A stretch of DNA of 20,000 bases from an uncultured virus (IMG/VR IMGVR_UViG_3300003690_002543) (Duplodnaviria > Heunggongvirae > Uroviricota > Caudoviricetes), in the IMG/VR virus record IMGVR_UViG_3300003690_002543, one strand, 5' to 3'. The notes beneath the pieces are model-generated. The model did no database searches. It was not told the origin of the DNA and saw only the letters and a program-made list of their open reading frames with translations. Position 1 is the stretch's first letter; every line of letters begins with the position of its first letter. The position numbers and the translations under genes were made by a program. Below are positions 19,201 through 20,000 of this stretch, one piece after another.

Positions 19201-20000
19201 CCTTTTATATTTGATTCACAAACTACAGCATCTGATGTTATAGTTGATAATATAAATTTGGGTGTTAATAGTGATTCTACTTCAACTGCAATAGCTCAGT
19301 TAAGTGGTACTTTAGAAAATGTTCGTGTATCAAATTGTTCATTTGGAGAAAATGATTTTACTCTAAGATACGATGAAGGATTTGTTCCTACAAACGTTTA
19401 TACTGATGGTATTGTTTGTGAAGTTGTTCAATATAAATCATCTGTACAGAGCACAGTGGGTGATATTGCTTTTGATCGTGTTTATTTTGAAAATCTAGAT
19501 CTAGATCCGAATAGTTCTGTTGTTGTTACTAATGAAATACAAAGGGTTATTAATGAAAATGAGCCGGTTGGACTCCCATTTGGAATTGATTTTAATAATA
19601 TAGCAATCAAAGTTGCAACAGAGGCTTCGTTCTCGACTTGGCAGGCACCCTCACGGCTGGAAAATTACCAATGGACAACTGATGGACAAGGTGGTAATTT
19701 TATTAATACATTAAATTCGGAAGCTCTTTCTGTACCAACCCTTAATACTATTAGTACAAAGTCTCAAAATGTTGATCCCCAAACATATACAGTATTATTA
19801 CAAGATAATTTATTCGAGCCAGAAATTCTTATTGTTAATCCAGGCGATACTGTTAAATGGGAATGGGTAGATGGTTTACATAATGTTACATCCGGAACGT
19901 GCTCTACTCCTGATGGTCTTTTTGCAAGTGACACGAGCCCGGTTCCGGGAACTATTTTTACATGGGACGTTCCTATAGATCAAGAAGTAGGCGATATTGA
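13291..20000 (+). CDS. Giant acidic multidomain virion/adhesin-like protein, more than 2236 aa, 3'-truncated by the window
   Basis: I translated frame +1 from ATG 13291 (MLNSFRVVFI...) to base 20000 and found no stop. It is absent from the ORF track, probably because no stop lies in the window. It contains a Gly-rich N-domain, a Cys cluster, two beta-helix-like regions and a terminal cupredoxin-like segment. Confidence 0.88.
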   Translation, partial: MLNSFRVVFITSIDTDDSGDEVDCVYNQTGDESFYSFDWGSAPVDGIDIIYDSESLSNPNPTGYKYYGYDVRTIRDIYETYGKVGMPSSGIDDVDYGTVAKNTLANHACMGAFYTRGGSDDLLSPSVVFGGSNNDLGNTYCRPTQVNQDSGGIDGSDNNQNVQVIYDGENDVTSSIWPKYIYLGAIGAGAYGQGCLTRTHDSLDCQPTVFGAPGCGGGHICGTPDPTQAGGGLLDVIAQKGGVGSQASAFLKICSNPDRDTITIVCKLGKGGVQRFDMIDDIRLTPTIGCGIVPHHTSQSTSPHSESGSYTTFPTQEERITTISVYEGEDITDDDNLIIKVACPGGEPPRLQSDDTFGPKEISWGPAGEEDCLNVCDAFVDDCGDCTNCCCDNEEDGESEGYNGKDGRLVTNTVANNGSIGSVIIEGNAFTDNYEIIAPASDQDGNAGTAFNELLVNFGVDSHQGWHRTSVSGARDSDDQSIVVYTEEQINRFYEPGIGGNGRIKYWADDSEVLANKNSTTAGFTGAGVGGNGGVVYVGYGPEIFTKAITDQSEPSVIWQDITVAQEEIEIAILDSAISSIDFGVGLNRRNFIQKDNIVDTKDILDLTVGDDFTINGGLFSSAVPLEVGWLPLPVGTNIHYYDWTHALSIENNSRLVDEDSPARIEFVRTDLQVDSIHNPSLIREGASEIIDANWTTLIDPLGQGPNEIQTNHVGTRGDLLFDDNGYLIGFTIASSTTDIVEKVRGLKSKIEGSSLGSIDDLLVFYWVSPDRNRTNRIADYFDDGSRIRITFSEPDTTVTSDYNSYFLFTFGGQPAFLVPGDGSVFGTNPSGRSLCAFSGVRDELASGKIYYRPFASQIPGLKTRVQFHTEGIKLGANVGSTLTLTNVLADGSARDLFDNGGNIIVNDDHAGTLIVDSCNSSNGQSGIRTGISTGQIQLKNSSFEKTNGRNVELLGGGESGHEIYRCTFGLSNHKDALLVENSPNTQIYECLFKEIFNTNGRACALNKGSAWGSKVYNNLFINSTGFRESNTSSYEGSVDPTRYDYLAEYNNLYYVDNDKNIKNDSEQTWTVQDVSLNSIWKGIIEIEADDSWTFTIDEEDPLRKLWGLVTIVAVSQGGVGGTGIPELALLFESYERNSSVEFSDQVVAAYNFLDAHQNNPTKTFTINGVSFNGWNDEDAADQPICSVVKGSGNAGFLRIVSPELYHSIADTDPSVDDEFFGTFYRPGKTRKLVQEMKWTITSDGSGSSGAQASIESIINDKEIIDTAQTTNLSHVSSSRLKLWNGPYSATFGGFEQGNDWWFAFGGNQAGSYGNSTQDYWTYNNNNSRYTVYISYNGGLYEKVADPNDESTIISWQTRLLFSDVNFADGILQPDDEISIKVYEEVPSGVWNGTDTFDLGGSKLRMVNNSLYVDNTTFREPDNKYTNVWRFGTVDVVPNTIEWHLQNNFYSNGVQIASGTIPYDLFSDFNVSQYKDISGTFFSSEDLPYSVSYWGPNEASTLELNSITVDTDGDQIDEIYDPIISANDGGKIGNRWTKNGGSYLTVNGDIKTATDAVSFFSNLELNTPTVEPEDNPRWFNQASANDLSGNPVDNRFTGTVEAQAAEVDILKLAVVPDQTVTGELLFDVQVLAENINPDVAVGHDGLTPIVTVNDGPARPMVETSLEWPDPDNPGGFVSGFTSVSVWNNTVDLLENQTNTITVSSSDQDITFKVHHKESLNKATPSGDNVEIDIKTAVINALSSVNPGLDVIEIDADISDLGQILSDIEVGFFEQIRDRWLTIKPATNRTVTWVYDSSAPDRVPELDWIALDNITFGSDISDNGGGTWQLDAGYNAWLNNCKIKGKYKNNIGTNFSITAPAADLTTWSATDAQNRYFTKCHFHGTVTEGSPTTGAILTRDCAFSSHRTNFNQIGNVWLNCSAQDVQSIQDFDGGSLQQRGIEIFGEEATSDIIYKGFRIMGVSSVIAANFDPFIFDSQTTASDVIVDNINLGVNSDSTSTAIAQLSGTLENVRVSNCSFGENDFTLRYDEGFVPTNVYTDGIVCEVVQYKSSVQSTVGDIAFDRVYFENLDLDPNSSVVVTNEIQRVINENEPVGLPFGIDFNNIAIKVATEASFSTWQAPSRLENYQWTTDGQGGNFINTLNSEALSVPTLNTISTKSQNVDPQTYTVLLQDNLFEPEILIVNPGDTVKWEWVDGLHNVTSGTCSTPDGLFASDTSPVPGTIFTWDVPIDQEVGDI

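Noticed and set aside
1..20000. tRNA, rRNA, CRISPR array, IS/integrase or intrinsic terminators
   Set aside because: Intergenic gaps are under about 60 nt, and I saw no cloverleaf, spaced repeats, transposase motifs or GC hairpin followed by a U-tract.

Overview
AT-rich, gene-dense window with every credible gene on the + strand, most likely from an uncultured T4-like myophage. It has three parts. (i) 59-2476: virion/fibre genes (collagen-like fibre, beta-helix protein, small hypothetical). (ii) 2479-10843: a replication and nucleotide cassette opened by a consensus sigma70 promoter (dUTPase, DUF1599/Nmad1-like protein, gp43 DNA polymerase, UvsX, gp40-position protein, gp41 helicase, gp61 primase, ThyX). 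(iii) 10835-20000: structural genes behind a TATAAATA late promoter, including a modular collagen fibre and a giant ORF of more than 2236 aa (13291 to the window end) that the ORF track missed. Main oddities: gp43 (~3902) and gp41 (~7840) are each frameshifted at a point where about 20 conserved residues appear to be missing, with a possible third, in-frame gap at ~11022. A sharply bounded ~50% GC patch lies inside the beta-helix gene. The giant protein carries a plastocyanin-like (cupredoxin) domain and a 7-Cys cluster. All homology calls come from motif recognition and memory, not from database searches.
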